Shown: in pieces, positions 37,453-46,750 of the stretch | How positions within the stretch are numbered: the stretch's first letter is position 1 | Layout: each line of letters begins with the position of its first letter | NCBI GenBank assembly: GCA_030756715.1 | Contig: JAVBJD010000001.1 | Coordinates: forward strand, 5,578 to 69,577 | Length of the DNA stretch: 64,000 bases | Direction: 5' to 3' | From: Conexivisphaerales archaeon | GTDB taxonomy: Archaea; Thermoproteota; Nitrososphaeria; Conexivisphaerales; UBA164 | Notes under the pieces: generated by a model | The model's input: only the letters and a program-made list of their open reading frames with translations | Database searches by the model: none | What the model was told of the DNA's origin: nothing | Program-made: the position numbers and the translations under genes

Positions 37453-39129
37453 TTATTCTGGTAAGTTCGGCGTGGAGCCGCCTTCTTCTCCTTCTCCACC
37501 AGGAGGTTTGCCGCCTGCTCCTCCTGTCGGCGGCTTGGAAAGCTTTGCAGCGATTACGTCGTCTATTCTCAGTATCATGGTTGCCGCTTCAGTTGCCGCT
37601 TTTACAACCTGCTCCTTTACTATAGCAGGCTCAAATACTCCAAGTTTGTACATGTCTTCAACCTTATTGCTGTATGCATCAACGCCGTACCAGATGCTTC
37701 CCTTTGAATGAGCAGCCCTGAGCTGAACCTGTACATCGAGCGGATCCATGCCTGCATTTTCAGCTAAAGTCAATGGTATAGCTTCTTCAAGCGCATCAGC
37801 GTAAGCAAGCGCAGCGAGCTGGTCTCTGCCTGGCATCTTCTTAGCTTCTTCTCTTATGTACTGTGCCATTTCTTCTTCAGGTGCTCCGCCCCCTGCGACT
37901 ACTAACGGCTTTTCAAGCACGTCTTTTGTAACCATTATGGCGTCGTGAATTGACCTTTCAGCCTCGTCCACCACTCTCTGGCTTCCTCCCCTTATCAGAA
38001 TGCTGACCGCCTTCGGGTTCTTGCAACCTTCAACGAAGACCCATTTGTCTTCCTCAACTTTTCTTTCTTCAACGAGTTCTGCATATCCTAAGTCAGCCGG
38101 AGTGAGGTCTTCTATGTTTGTAACTATTCTGCCGCCTGTAGCCTTTGCAAGCCTTCCCATATCGCTTTCTTTCACCCTTCTTACAGCCAGTATTCCGGCT
38201 TTAGCGAGATAATGCTGGGCCAAGTCATCTATGCCTTTCTGGCAGAATACTACGTTGGCGCCTACTTCTTTTATTTTGTCAACCATCTGTTTGAGCATTA
38301 CGGCTTCCTGATCCAAGAAAGCTTTCATCTTTGAAGGGTCACTTATCCTTATTTCAGCACTGTATTCTGTTTTCTCAATCTCTAACGGTGCGTTCAAGAG
38401 TGCTATCTTTGCGTTCTTAACTGTTTTTGGCATACCGCTGTGAACCACTTCTTTATCTACTATTATCCCCTTAACGAGAGTCGAGTCGGCCATCGATCCT
38501 CCCTGTTTCTTTAAAACAGAAATGTTATCTACATCGACTTTGTATGTGTTATCATCCCTTTTTTCAGCTACCTGGAATACAGCGTCTATAACCAAGTTTG
38601 CCAGGTAATCTGACTCTTCTGCTATTATCTTTGACCTCATGCTTGTTTTTGCAAGCTTTAGAAGCCATTCTCTGTCTTCAGGAGATATTTTTATGGCTAT
38701 CTGGTAAAGTCTTTCAAGAGCCTTTTTCGAAGCGTACTGGTACCCGTCTACTATGTTTGTTGGATGGACGTTCTTGTCCAAGAGCTTCCTCGCTTCTTCG
38801 AGAAGCCTGCCAGCAAACACTACAGCTGAAGTAGTACCGTCTCCAACTTCTGCATCAGTAGCCTTCGCTATCTCTACTAAAATTTTAGCTGCAGGGTGCT
38901 GGACATCCAGCTGTTTAAGCATTGTAGCTCCATCGTTGGTTATTGTTACATCTCCAAGAGTGTCAACGAGCATCTTATCCATTCCTCTAGGACCTAAAGA
39001 GGTCTTTATTATCTCCGTTATTACTAGCGCAGCCTCTATGTTGTTTCTTATAGCATCATAACCTTTAGTTTCTGTTGTTCCTTCTTTCAGAACCAAGATT
39101 GGACCATAAGGAGTTTGTACAGTAGACAT
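37453..39129 (-). CDS. Thermosome subunit (group II chaperonin)
   Basis: LGPRGMDKMLVD, ITNDGATML, VGDGTTSAVV and VAGGGAPE motifs, plus a G/E-rich C-terminal tail. Confidence 0.95.
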   Translation of the reverse strand: MSTVQTPYGPILVLKEGTTETKGYDAIRNNIEAALVITEIIKTSLGPRGMDKMLVDTLGDVTITNDGATMLKQLDVQHPAAKILVEIAKATDAEVGDGTTSAVVFAGRLLEEARKLLDKNVHPTNIVDGYQYASKKALERLYQIAIKISPEDREWLLKLAKTSMRSKIIAEESDYLANLVIDAVFQVAEKRDDNTYKVDVDNISVLKKQGGSMADSTLVKGIIVDKEVVHSGMPKTVKNAKIALLNAPLEIEKTEYSAEIRISDPSKMKAFLDQEAVMLKQMVDKIKEVGANVVFCQKGIDDLAQHYLAKAGILAVRRVKESDMGRLAKATGGRIVTNIEDLTPADLGYAELVEERKVEEDKWVFVEGCKNPKAVSILIRGGSQRVVDEAERSIHDAIMVTKDVLEKPLVVAGGGAPEEEMAQYIREEAKKMPGRDQLAALAYADALEEAIPLTLAENAGMDPLDVQVQLRAAHSKGSIWYGVDAYSNKVEDMYKLGVFEPAIVKEQVVKAATEAATMILRIDDVIAAKLSKPPTGGAGGKPPGGEGEEGGSTPNLPE

Positions 39130-39204
39130 TGTTACACCACCTAACTATGGTATTATAAGTTGTACCATTTAAAAACTTTACCGAAAACTTTCCCAAACTT
39201 TTAG

Positions 39205-39885
39205 TTATTTTGTAAACAGGAGGATCTTTTCAAGCTCATATATTAACCTGCAAGCAACTGTATCTGTTTCGATAGTTTCTTGCGAGAACGAGAGTTTTTT
39301 AGAGAAGATCGAAGAGGTTTCTTTTGAAAAGTTGCCTGCAGGAAAACCCCCTATAACAAAAGCGCCGTAGTTAGCTACATGAGCTGCGGCTTGCTCATAA
39401 GTAACTTTTTCGCCATCGACATCAAAACCCACAGCTGAGCTTTTGCCTGTTTCATTTAGAACGTCTTTAACTTTTCCGCGTTTTAATTGAAGTAAAACTT
39501 TGCCCTCTGGATCTTTTATAACCTTTTTTTCGAACAGATCAAGCATCAAGCCCTCAAACCTGAAATAAGCGTGGGGCGGTCTTACGTTTTCGCCAAACTG
39601 AATTATGTAGTCATTATAAGTATGAACAAAAAAATTCATCATGCCTTTTTTATAAAGCGGTGATGACGCCACGTCCTGAATTACCCGATAAGCTATATCT
39701 GGCCTTCCTCTTTTTTCCCGATCCTTTAACCTATCCATGGCCCAGTAGTGAAGAGATTTATCTAAGAGGCAGTTTTCTGGTTTTTTACCTAACTTTTTGC
39801 ATGAATTTATGACCCTTGGGTCTTTTTGGAGACTGGCAGGTAAAGTTTCAAGCGCTGCTTCTGCGAGTATGAAAGTCACTTTCAT
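39205..39885 (-). CDS. Nep1/Emg1-like rRNA pseudouridine-N1 methyltransferase
   Basis: FILAEAALETLP N-terminus and the LLDKSLHYWAMDRL...RGRPDIAYRVIQ pattern of Nep1. Confidence 0.65.
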   Translation of the reverse strand: MKVTFILAEAALETLPASLQKDPRVINSCKKLGKKPENCLLDKSLHYWAMDRLKDREKRGRPDIAYRVIQDVASSPLYKKGMMNFFVHTYNDYIIQFGENVRPPHAYFRFEGLMLDLFEKKVIKDPEGKVLLQLKRGKVKDVLNETGKSSAVGFDVDGEKVTYEQAAAHVANYGAFVIGGFPAGNFSKETSSIFSKKLSFSQETIETDTVACRLIYELEKILLFTK

Positions 39886-40886
39886 CTTAGTGCGGCTTCA
39901 GCCAGCTTTACCCCTTTTATCATGTTTTTTAATTTAGCAAAAGCTATTTCCCTTTTTCTTGTCCTCAGACCGCAATCAGGATTGACGTAAACCTTTGACG
40001 GGTCGCCCAGTATCTTAACAGCGTAGAGAATTCTATCCCTTATAAGCTCAGGAGGTTCTATAAAGTCTGAGTGAACATCAAGAACTCCGAGCCCTATCTC
40101 TCTGTCGCTAGCATATTCTTTAAAAGCCTTGAGGGCTCTGTAACCAGGCCTAGAAACATCGTCAACCCCAATATTGTTTAAATCCCTGTTTGCAAACTCA
40201 AGCGCAAAATGTTTTGCCTTCAGATCAGGAATGATGGGCATAAGGCTTGCGTATTCATCACCGCTATAACATATATGAGTGTTGATCTTAGCGTTTATCC
40301 CTTTAACCTGTTCATTAAATACTTCAGCAAACATGTTCATCTCTGATGGGTGCGTAGTAGCAGCAGGTTCATCTATCTGCACTACCTGCATGCCAACGCC
40401 TTCTAGCTCTTTTAGTATTCTATTGATTATGTTTTTCGCTAGATCCAGTGCTAGCTCTTCCCTCGAGTCGTAATATTCGTTATAAGACCAGTCCATGAGC
40501 GTATATGCGCCCGTAACGGGTATCTTGGGCGTCTTTGAAGCGTGTTCTTTTACAAAAATGAACTCTTCAAGGTGATAGTTTTTTACGAAAGAGACTTCAT
40601 CAATGACCCTGGCTTTTTTGTAGTATTTGTTGTCCCACGACCTAACTCTTCCTACAAATTCAAAACCGTGTATAAACTTTGCAGGAAGCTCGTACATTTC
40701 AACTCTTCTAGCTTCGCCATCATAAACAAAGTCCAGCCCTATATGTTCAAGCATCTTTAAATTTACAAATGAAGCATCGTCAAGTGCTGCCTTTTTTTCT
40801 TCTTCTGAGGCGCTAGATCTTAAAAATTCTAAAAGCCAGCTCGGCTTTTTTAGGCTACCTATTTCCTGTGTTTTAAAAACGCTCAT
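39882..40886 (-). CDS. Cobalamin-independent methionine synthase, catalytic (MetE C-terminal-like) subunit
   Basis: Zn-ligand contexts THICYSG and NPDCGLRTR. Confidence 0.8.
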   Translation of the reverse strand: MSVFKTQEIGSLKKPSWLLEFLRSSASEEEKKAALDDASFVNLKMLEHIGLDFVYDGEARRVEMYELPAKFIHGFEFVGRVRSWDNKYYKKARVIDEVSFVKNYHLEEFIFVKEHASKTPKIPVTGAYTLMDWSYNEYYDSREELALDLAKNIINRILKELEGVGMQVVQIDEPAATTHPSEMNMFAEVFNEQVKGINAKINTHICYSGDEYASLMPIIPDLKAKHFALEFANRDLNNIGVDDVSRPGYRALKAFKEYASDREIGLGVLDVHSDFIEPPELIRDRILYAVKILGDPSKVYVNPDCGLRTRKREIAFAKLKNMIKGVKLAEAALR

Positions 40887-41809
40887 GGAACATCACCGGC
40901 TATTTGGGAAAGCAAGTCAACCTTCTTTAGAGCAAACTTCTGTGGTAAAAATTCGAAGTCAACGTTATTTGTTATGTACAACTCATGATCGGTGTTTATT
41001 TTTTTAACGACATCAATAACACGCTCCTTTGTTTCCATTTTTGTGTTAAGACCGTTTATGAGGCCTAATGCAAGATCTTTTCCTTTATTTTCTAACTTTT
41101 TCAGATCGTCTACTTGAAAAGAATACATATCAACACCTAACCCGTCCAATGGAGAAGACGCTAAAAAGTTTAACGATTCCATATTCCTGTAAAAATATAC
41201 GTGGGCTATAATTTTCCCTTTAAAAGCGTTTTTTATGCTAGATAACGCTTCCTTTATGCTCTCTTCATAACCTTTGAATTCACAATTACCGTATGATGGA
41301 GCCTTTAATACCAAATACTCATAACCTGCTTTACTGACTTCTGCAGCAAACGAAGCTATCAGATCTCCTAATCCTTTGATAAATGCTTTTTTATCTACAT
41401 AAAATTCGTCTTTGCTTAAACAGGAAAAGGTAAAAGGATCTGGGAAAGATATCAACGATGCTCCAGCCGTAAGGTATTTTTTTAATGACCCCTCTTTAAC
41501 CGCAGGTTTTGATACGATAACTGGCACTTTGTAAAATGTATTTGTCTCAAAGTATCTGTTAAGGCCGTTAACGCTAATACCGTCTGCTGATAAGGCTAAA
41601 GGCCTAAACATGTCTTCCCACGTAATCTGTGGATCGCTTATGATTTTCAAGCCTTTAGATTTTTGGTATTCTACTATTTTTACTGATTCTGCTAAAAGAT
41701 CTTCGTGATAATTTTGTTTTGTACGCGTAATGTCTATCAGTTTTTCTGACCTCGGGAATATGCCGAAAAAGTATGTATTTGCGCTTTTCAACAACAATTG
41801 TTTACCCAA
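40883..41809 (-). CDS. MetE N-terminal-domain-like protein (split methionine synthase partner)
   Basis: TIM-barrel-sized paralogue lacking the Zn ligands. 4 nt overlap with the catalytic subunit gene. Confidence 0.55.
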   Translation of the reverse strand: MGKQLLLKSANTYFFGIFPRSEKLIDITRTKQNYHEDLLAESVKIVEYQKSKGLKIISDPQITWEDMFRPLALSADGISVNGLNRYFETNTFYKVPVIVSKPAVKEGSLKKYLTAGASLISFPDPFTFSCLSKDEFYVDKKAFIKGLGDLIASFAAEVSKAGYEYLVLKAPSYGNCEFKGYEESIKEALSSIKNAFKGKIIAHVYFYRNMESLNFLASSPLDGLGVDMYSFQVDDLKKLENKGKDLALGLINGLNTKMETKERVIDVVKKINTDHELYITNNVDFEFLPQKFALKKVDLLSQIAGDVP

Positions 41810-41887
41810 GATCGTTTAATAATTTTTCTGATAGCTTTTTGTTTTAAGGATATGTTTATAATTATTTATGATCGTTTTAAGCTTTAA

Positions 41888-42286
41888 ATGGAAAACAAAG
41901 ATCGTGAACTTGAAAAGCCGGCAGACCTAAAAGTAATCACCATAGAGCAAGAGATATATGGGTTCTTTAAGTCGAAGAAAAATACTTCTTTTGAAAGCAG
42001 GTTAAAAAAAGAGCTTTATGATCTAATAATTAGCGAAGGAATAAGCAAAGATAACCTCAGAATAGTTCAGAAAGAAAAAGTCCTTGATATTAAAACAGGA
42101 AATTTTATAATCAATATGGACGTGTACGATGGAGAAAAGAAAGTTTACTCTGTAGCAGCGCATGGAAAAGCTAACATTATAAACAGGAATGGAAAGCCTT
42201 ACATAAAATCACAGAAAATAACGATAGACCTTTTTGCATTAGGCTCTACCAAAAGTCCCCAAGACTCATCTGGCTTGAAGCCCTGA
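41888..42286 (+). CDS. Hypothetical protein
   Basis: 132 aa with K/E-rich coding-like composition and no recognisable motif. Its 3' end overlaps the DP2-like gene tail-to-tail by 41 nt. Confidence 0.4.
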   Translation: MENKDRELEKPADLKVITIEQEIYGFFKSKKNTSFESRLKKELYDLIISEGISKDNLRIVQKEKVLDIKTGNFIINMDVYDGEKKVYSVAAHGKANIINRNGKPYIKSQKITIDLFALGSTKSPQDSSGLKP

Positions 42287-44375
42287 AGATGCTTTTTATG
42301 CTATTTACATAAATATCTATAATTTCTATATACTGGGAACCCTGAAAATCTTCTGATAGCTGGTTCAGTTGCAGGATAAAATTATTTAAATCGGATGATG
42401 TGAACCTAGGCCTGAGTTTCGAACCACATTTCGGACATCTCATGTTTAAAGGAGGCACCCTAAGCCTTTTGCCGCATTTTTCGCAAATGTATGACTGCCT
42501 TACGAACATATCTTCAACCTTCTTTATCAGATGCACTGAGTCCTTTTCGTTTGCAGAGTCGGGATATGTATTCGAAAGCAAATTTATTATGCCTTTTATG
42601 ATCTCAGTCAGGTTTTGCTGGTATATAGGCGTCCTCATATAGTCTATTTCAATCGGAAACAAATCGGCGCTTTCTGACGACTTGTAGACAACGATCCCTT
42701 TGTTTTTTTGGCATGTACAGTTTAAGGCTACGTCTTCGCTTAAAGCGAAATAAGCCTGATTGTCAAGTACCCCTAAACCAGCAAATTCCATTATGTTGGG
42801 GTTTACTATAGCTTCATTCCCCTGCCTGTAGCCCTTTATTTTAAGCTCTATCCCTGCATTAAGAGGCTTGTTAAAAATAATCAGATTTGAACCTATATCA
42901 TCATAATCAGCTTTTTGGTCATAGACATTAATTAGTTCTTCCTTAATGAAAGATTTAATTTCTTTAATTAATGGTTCATACTTTGCGGGCATCTCAATTT
43001 CGTTCGCATCAACGTTTCCAGCCTGTAACTTAATCGGGGTTAAGATCATTCCGAGCGGACTCGCTAACAAAGAGTTTTTCTGCCTTAATAGCAATTTATC
43101 CGGCAGTTCGGGTTCGCTTAATAATATTCTAGGAAGCTTTGGCTCCCTTAAGTTCATTATATTAAGCCTGCTTGCAGCATAACTCAGGCTTTCTTTAATA
43201 TCGATTTCATTGATATGAGGATCTGTTGTCTTTGAACCGCACTTCGGGCAAGTTTCCTCCTTTGTGTATATGCCACATCTTTTGCAATAATATATTTCAA
43301 CAGTCTTAGATCCGCATCGTTCGCACTTTCTGAAAGGCGTGGTTCTTTTACACTTCTCACAGAACCTTAACCTTAAACCTGAATTTAGACCTAAACCTTT
43401 TGAAGCAAGAAGACCATCATACTTGTTAAGTTCATGAAGCTCTTTATCAATTCTAATGAATACTTTAAGCGTTCCCCTGTAGGGTTCAAAGGTGTTTATT
43501 CCACCGAGACCGTTTTTAAGTATATGAAGAATAGCTTTAGTCCTTTCATCATCAGGATCCGACAATTTTATAGCGTCTTTTTCTGTGTAGAACGGCACTT
43601 GTGATTCGATCAATGCCTGAAGTGATACCTGGTTTAACTGTATTCTTTTATCGTCTATGAGCTTCAGTTTAAAGATCGACCTTGGAAAAGAAAAGTAAGG
43701 GTTTAATCGTCCAGCGTTCCTAGCTTCTTCTAAAGCATCATCAAAATTCTGTATCGCTTTTTCGCATCTGTACAAAAAAAGGTCAGCACAAGCTTTTAAT
43801 GGAAGAAGCAATTCCCCGAAACTCACGAGCCTGCCCTTTTGCTCGTTTGATGCTTTGACCCCGTCAAAAAACAGAGGTGATTTAACTTCTTTAGAGAAAT
43901 AAAGCCTGTAAAAAGAATTTCCTATTTTTATAGGTAAGGAGTTCATTTTCAAGTTCATGATATCAGCTATTTTATCGCTTGCAACAGCGATGGGCGCTTT
44001 GCTATCTACAAACCTTAGTATGAACCTGTTTGTTATATCAAAAGTAATATAACCTTTGCCTTTTGGGGGATTTATTTTTGGAGTCTTTAAGTTTTTAATG
44101 AAATCTATGAACGTGAACTCCCACTGGCCAAAATAGTCTGAAAATATCGAGTTTATCTTGGTCCCCTTGATCGGATCTTGATAAGTGGAAGGGTAGCCTC
44201 CATAAGATTCGCTTATCTGCCTAACGACGAATTCCCTTAACTCATTATAGTTTAAAAACTCATTTTTTGTAAATTTTGGCTCGTTAATGAAACTAAACTT
44301 TTCTTTTATTTCAATGTTGTCAGAAGGATCAATACCGTTTTCTCTTCTTATTTTTAGGGCGTCTTCAAACAGCAT
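42246..44375 (-). CDS. PolD large subunit (DP2)-like protein, shortened and lacking the catalytic acidic motif
   Basis: Collinear with Pyrococcus DP2 as I remember it. The N-terminus ALKIRRENGIDPSDNIEI corresponds to DP2 AKKARSQGKDPSTDVEI. RFILRFVDSK corresponds to GFRLRYGRSR. The central element is CEKC..CERC..CKRC..CPKC. The C-terminal element is ICEKCGKRLRVPPLNMRCPKCG. The terminal sequence is QMSLGDFW. Where DP2 has NCDGDED, this protein has NCTCQKN (42696-42722). Confidence 0.7.
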   Translation of the reverse strand: MLFEDALKIRRENGIDPSDNIEIKEKFSFINEPKFTKNEFLNYNELREFVVRQISESYGGYPSTYQDPIKGTKINSIFSDYFGQWEFTFIDFIKNLKTPKINPPKGKGYITFDITNRFILRFVDSKAPIAVASDKIADIMNLKMNSLPIKIGNSFYRLYFSKEVKSPLFFDGVKASNEQKGRLVSFGELLLPLKACADLFLYRCEKAIQNFDDALEEARNAGRLNPYFSFPRSIFKLKLIDDKRIQLNQVSLQALIESQVPFYTEKDAIKLSDPDDERTKAILHILKNGLGGINTFEPYRGTLKVFIRIDKELHELNKYDGLLASKGLGLNSGLRLRFCEKCKRTTPFRKCERCGSKTVEIYYCKRCGIYTKEETCPKCGSKTTDPHINEIDIKESLSYAASRLNIMNLREPKLPRILLSEPELPDKLLLRQKNSLLASPLGMILTPIKLQAGNVDANEIEMPAKYEPLIKEIKSFIKEELINVYDQKADYDDIGSNLIIFNKPLNAGIELKIKGYRQGNEAIVNPNIMEFAGLGVLDNQAYFALSEDVALNCTCQKNKGIVVYKSSESADLFPIEIDYMRTPIYQQNLTEIIKGIINLLSNTYPDSANEKDSVHLIKKVEDMFVRQSYICEKCGKRLRVPPLNMRCPKCGSKLRPRFTSSDLNNFILQLNQLSEDFQGSQYIEIIDIYVNSIKSIFRASSQMSLGDFW

Positions 44376-44425
44376 AACATAACACTAGATGGTTTAACAT
44401 TAAAGTTTTAATACTATATCCGTTA

Positions 44426-45952
44426 TTGCTTCTTAACGTGGAACTTAAAGCAAAGATAATAGATGTAAAAGCCGGAAAAAGATCTGTAATAATAAATGAA
44501 GAAGATGCCCAGAAGATAGGTATAGAACTTAATGATAGAGTTAAGGTGACATCTGATTCAAAATCTTCTACATGCATAGTAGAAACTACAAAGAGCCTTG
44601 TTCCGCAGGGGATAATAGGTATTTATGAAGATCTTTCTGAGATTCTTGGAGTAAAAGATGGAGATGTTATTAACGTGCAGTACGAACAAACCCCACTTGC
44701 TGTTGAATATATAAGAAAAAAAGTTAAAGGAGAAAAGCTTTCTGAAAATGAAATAAAAGAAATCATAAATGACGTTGTAGACAATGAGCTGAGCGATCTT
44801 GAAATAGCAGAATTTATATTTGCTATAAACTATGTGGGGCTAGATCTAGAAGAGATAAAGAATCTTACGTTAGCTATGGTTGAAAGCGGAGAGAAATTAG
44901 AACTCCCTGGATTTACAGTAGACAAACATTCTATAGGAGGGGTTCCTGGTAACAAGGTCACTTTGCTTATCGTGCCTACTATAGCGCTTACAGACCTCTA
45001 TATTCCAAAAACTAGCAGTAGCGCAATAACAAGTCCTTCTGGTACGGCTGATACAATGTCGGTGCTTGCAAACGTTAAGTTTAACCTCAACGAAATAAGA
45101 TCAATAGTAACAAAAACTCATGGATGTATAGTTTGGGGTGGCACGCTAAACCTTGCTCCTGCTGATGACCATTTGATAAAGATTGAAAACCCGCTAAGGA
45201 TCAATCCGCGTGGATTGATGATGGCAAGTGTGCTTGCAAAAAAGCTTGCGGTAGGCGCAAAAGTAATAGCCCTTGATTTACCAGTTGGAAAGGGTACAAA
45301 ACTAAGCGATATTTCTGAAGCTGAGAAGCTCGCAAAAGATTTCTATGAGCTTGGGAAAAGTCTTGGAGCAAACGTGCGTTCTGGAATAACGTATGGTGGC
45401 CAACCGATCGGAAGGGCTGTTGGGCCTGCGCTTGAAGCCAGAGAAGCTCTTTCTGCCTTAATTAACCCATCGCAGGCAAGCATGAGCCTGTTATCGAAGT
45501 CCGCGTCTCTTGCTGGAATTCTGCTAGAAGCTACAGGCATTGTTCAAAGGGGACAGGGATATGAAGCGGCTATGGACATGATAATGAAGGGAAAGACCTA
45601 TCAAAAAATGAAGGAAATAATTGAAGCCCAAGGCGGTAACCCGAACGTTAAACCTGACGACCTGCCTGTTGGAAGCTATAGACATTTAATTAAAGCTGAG
45701 ACTGATGGGTATGTAACTGCTGTAGATAATGAGGCTATAGTTGAAATTTCAAGGGCTGCAGGCGCGCCTCTGGACAAGGGTGCTGGCGTTGTTCTTTATC
45801 AAAAACAGGGGTACAAAGTAAGCAAAAACGATCCGCTTCTAGAAATATATGCGGAAAGGAGTTCCAAATTATCAGATGCAATAACTATAGCTGAAAGAAA
45901 ATTGCCTATGCTGGTTGAAGGTATGTTGCTTAAAGTTTATCCTACATACTGA
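44426..45952 (+). CDS. AMP phosphorylase (archaeal DeoA-type nucleoside-monophosphate phosphorylase)
   Basis: N-terminal extra domain (LKAKIIDVKAGKRSVIINEEDA), DKHSIGGVPGNK, TSSSAITSPSGTAD and ITYGGQPIG. The start is probably GTG 44438 rather than the track's TTG 44426. Confidence 0.85.
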   Translation: MLLNVELKAKIIDVKAGKRSVIINEEDAQKIGIELNDRVKVTSDSKSSTCIVETTKSLVPQGIIGIYEDLSEILGVKDGDVINVQYEQTPLAVEYIRKKVKGEKLSENEIKEIINDVVDNELSDLEIAEFIFAINYVGLDLEEIKNLTLAMVESGEKLELPGFTVDKHSIGGVPGNKVTLLIVPTIALTDLYIPKTSSSAITSPSGTADTMSVLANVKFNLNEIRSIVTKTHGCIVWGGTLNLAPADDHLIKIENPLRINPRGLMMASVLAKKLAVGAKVIALDLPVGKGTKLSDISEAEKLAKDFYELGKSLGANVRSGITYGGQPIGRAVGPALEAREALSALINPSQASMSLLSKSASLAGILLEATGIVQRGQGYEAAMDMIMKGKTYQKMKEIIEAQGGNPNVKPDDLPVGSYRHLIKAETDGYVTAVDNEAIVEISRAAGAPLDKGAGVVLYQKQGYKVSKNDPLLEIYAERSSKLSDAITIAERKLPMLVEGMLLKVYPTY

Positions 45953-45953
45953 A

Positions 45954-46652
45954 ATGGAAAAATGTAATATTAACAGTGAAAAGATAGACCTTATCTCCCG
46001 TTTTTTTAAATCCGTTGATTTTGATTGTTATTACAGGCTTGAGATCACTGATCCTCAGCTAGAAGCTCTAAAAAGGATAAGGCTGAAATGCAATGAAAAT
46101 TGCTTTTATAAGTTTATAATTGCGGCGAGCTTGGTAGCATATCGCCTTAAAACTAATGGCGAAACTTACTGGAACAATTTATCGGGTTTTGATATAGATC
46201 CCACAGATCCTTATAAAAGCGTTGAAATGTTTTTAATTAAAAACAGAGAGTTAGCCAGAAACGCCAAACTCAAGAGACTCAGCAGTTTAAAGGACAGCGA
46301 TGAAATGCTTACATCTGGGCTTGAAGATTATAAAAGAGACCTTGGCAAACTTTATGAAATGCTTTTAGGAATATACGGCGCTTCTTATCAAAAGACGGTT
46401 TCTTTTGCTTGTAAAATGTTTCATTATGGTCTGATAGCTGAAGGCATTCATGGAACCGTTCCTAAAAAAATACCCATACCCCTTGATAACAGGATATTAA
46501 AAGTTTCAAAAAGTCTGGGATTAATAAACGGACAGAAAAATACAGTTTGTGCCCTCAAAGTTTGGGAAAAGGTTTCTGAAAAATCGGGTATAGACCAGTT
46601 ACATCTTGACGTTTTTGTCTGGAGAAAAATGTATTCTGTTTTTGTAAGGTAA
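45954..46652 (+). CDS. AGOG-type 8-oxoguanine DNA glycosylase/lyase (putative)
   Basis: IIAASLVAYRLKTNGETYW, QKTVSFACKMFHYG and IPIPLDNRI resemble the archaeal AGOG family. Start moved to ATG 45954. Confidence 0.55.
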   Translation: MEKCNINSEKIDLISRFFKSVDFDCYYRLEITDPQLEALKRIRLKCNENCFYKFIIAASLVAYRLKTNGETYWNNLSGFDIDPTDPYKSVEMFLIKNRELARNAKLKRLSSLKDSDEMLTSGLEDYKRDLGKLYEMLLGIYGASYQKTVSFACKMFHYGLIAEGIHGTVPKKIPIPLDNRILKVSKSLGLINGQKNTVCALKVWEKVSEKSGIDQLHLDVFVWRKMYSVFVR

Positions 46653-46750
46653 TTTTATCAAAAGCCCGTTCTTAGTTTCATAAAAATAATTTTTGAACGA
46701 TATCAGATAACTGCAATCTGGCAAAGTTGCTTTTTTATAATTTTATATCT

